NCBI GenBank assembly: GCA_010909165.1
Contig: MU008161.1
Coordinates: forward strand, 434,001-498,000
Reading direction: 5' to 3'
DNA length: 64,000 nucleotides
Source: Anthoceros angustus
Lineage: Eukaryota > Plantae > Anthocerotophyta
Shown: positions 63,385 to 64,000 of the stretch, one piece after another
How the letters are laid out: each line of letters opens with the position of its first letter
How positions within the stretch are numbered: position 1 is the stretch's first letter
Translations under genes and position numbers: made by a program
Notes under the pieces: model-generated
What the model was told of the DNA's origin: nothing
The model's input: the letters and a program-made list of their open reading frames with translations, nothing else
Database searches by the model: none

Positions 63385-64000
63385 CACCTTTTTTCAGGCT
63401 CTGGAAGCTGTACAAAACCCTATTTAATTTTTCATGCGTGATTTTAACTGTGTGAGAGTAGTTTTACAAATAGGTAGCACCCGCGATATGTAGACACAGG
63501 CTTTTGACTAATCTTGGGCTCCGTCAGTCGCAGCGGCTTAGCGAGACTTTGCTGTGAGACGTGTTGCCCCAAGTGTACAATAGAGAACTAATAATCACTC
63601 TTGCAAAGATGCCATAGTACAGTCAGACCCCTCTAATTGGGAACAATTGGGAGTAGCAAAAATCGTCCCATTTAGAGGGGTTCCCGATTAGGCATTTTCA
63701 TCTTTTTTTTGAAAATAAAAATATTTAAAAAAAATCAAAAATCCTTTAAATCAAAAATTCGAAAGAGCTTAAAAGCTTCCAAAAAATCCAAAACAATCCA
63801 AAAAAATCCAAAATGCTCCCTCATACTACATAGCTGCCAACCTAATTCTAGTTTGCCGGGTTAAAATAATCATCAATCCTTGATTGATCTTTGAGTTACT
63901 TTCATCCAATGACTAGCAATATGTTTTTCCAAGCGAGAATGCAACTTCAAAGCATCAAGAGTGTTATGTGGCATCTCTTCCAAAACATCTTCACTATCCT

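Overview
Eukaryotic land-plant DNA; short GT-AG introns and the gene content suggest a non-seed plant such as a hornwort or other bryophyte (inference). Host genes: a DUF1635 gene (+), an intronless frameshifted GH31/HGL1-like alpha-glucosidase (+), a ~22-exon CLC-d chloride channel (-) and a 5-exon STP sugar/H+ symporter (+). They flank a ~41 kb transposon block (16-57 kb) that can be partly reconstructed. A Sola2-like DNA transposase gene (-) is split by a Copia LTR element (19619-41062, TSD CATTT) and by a non-autonomous CACTA-type element with CCCTA ends (41340-55382, TSD ATG), which in turn holds an Athila-like Gypsy element. The Copia interior is a patchwork of unrelated TE fragments. 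The most notable item there is a frameshifted, apparently spliced gene with a possible PHD-like finger, a ParB-like domain and a circularly permuted beta-class N6/N4 DNA methyltransferase, lying head-to-head with a Sola1-like transposase. Repeat regions carry many 1-bp deletions that may be long-read consensus errors, so frameshifts need checking against reads.
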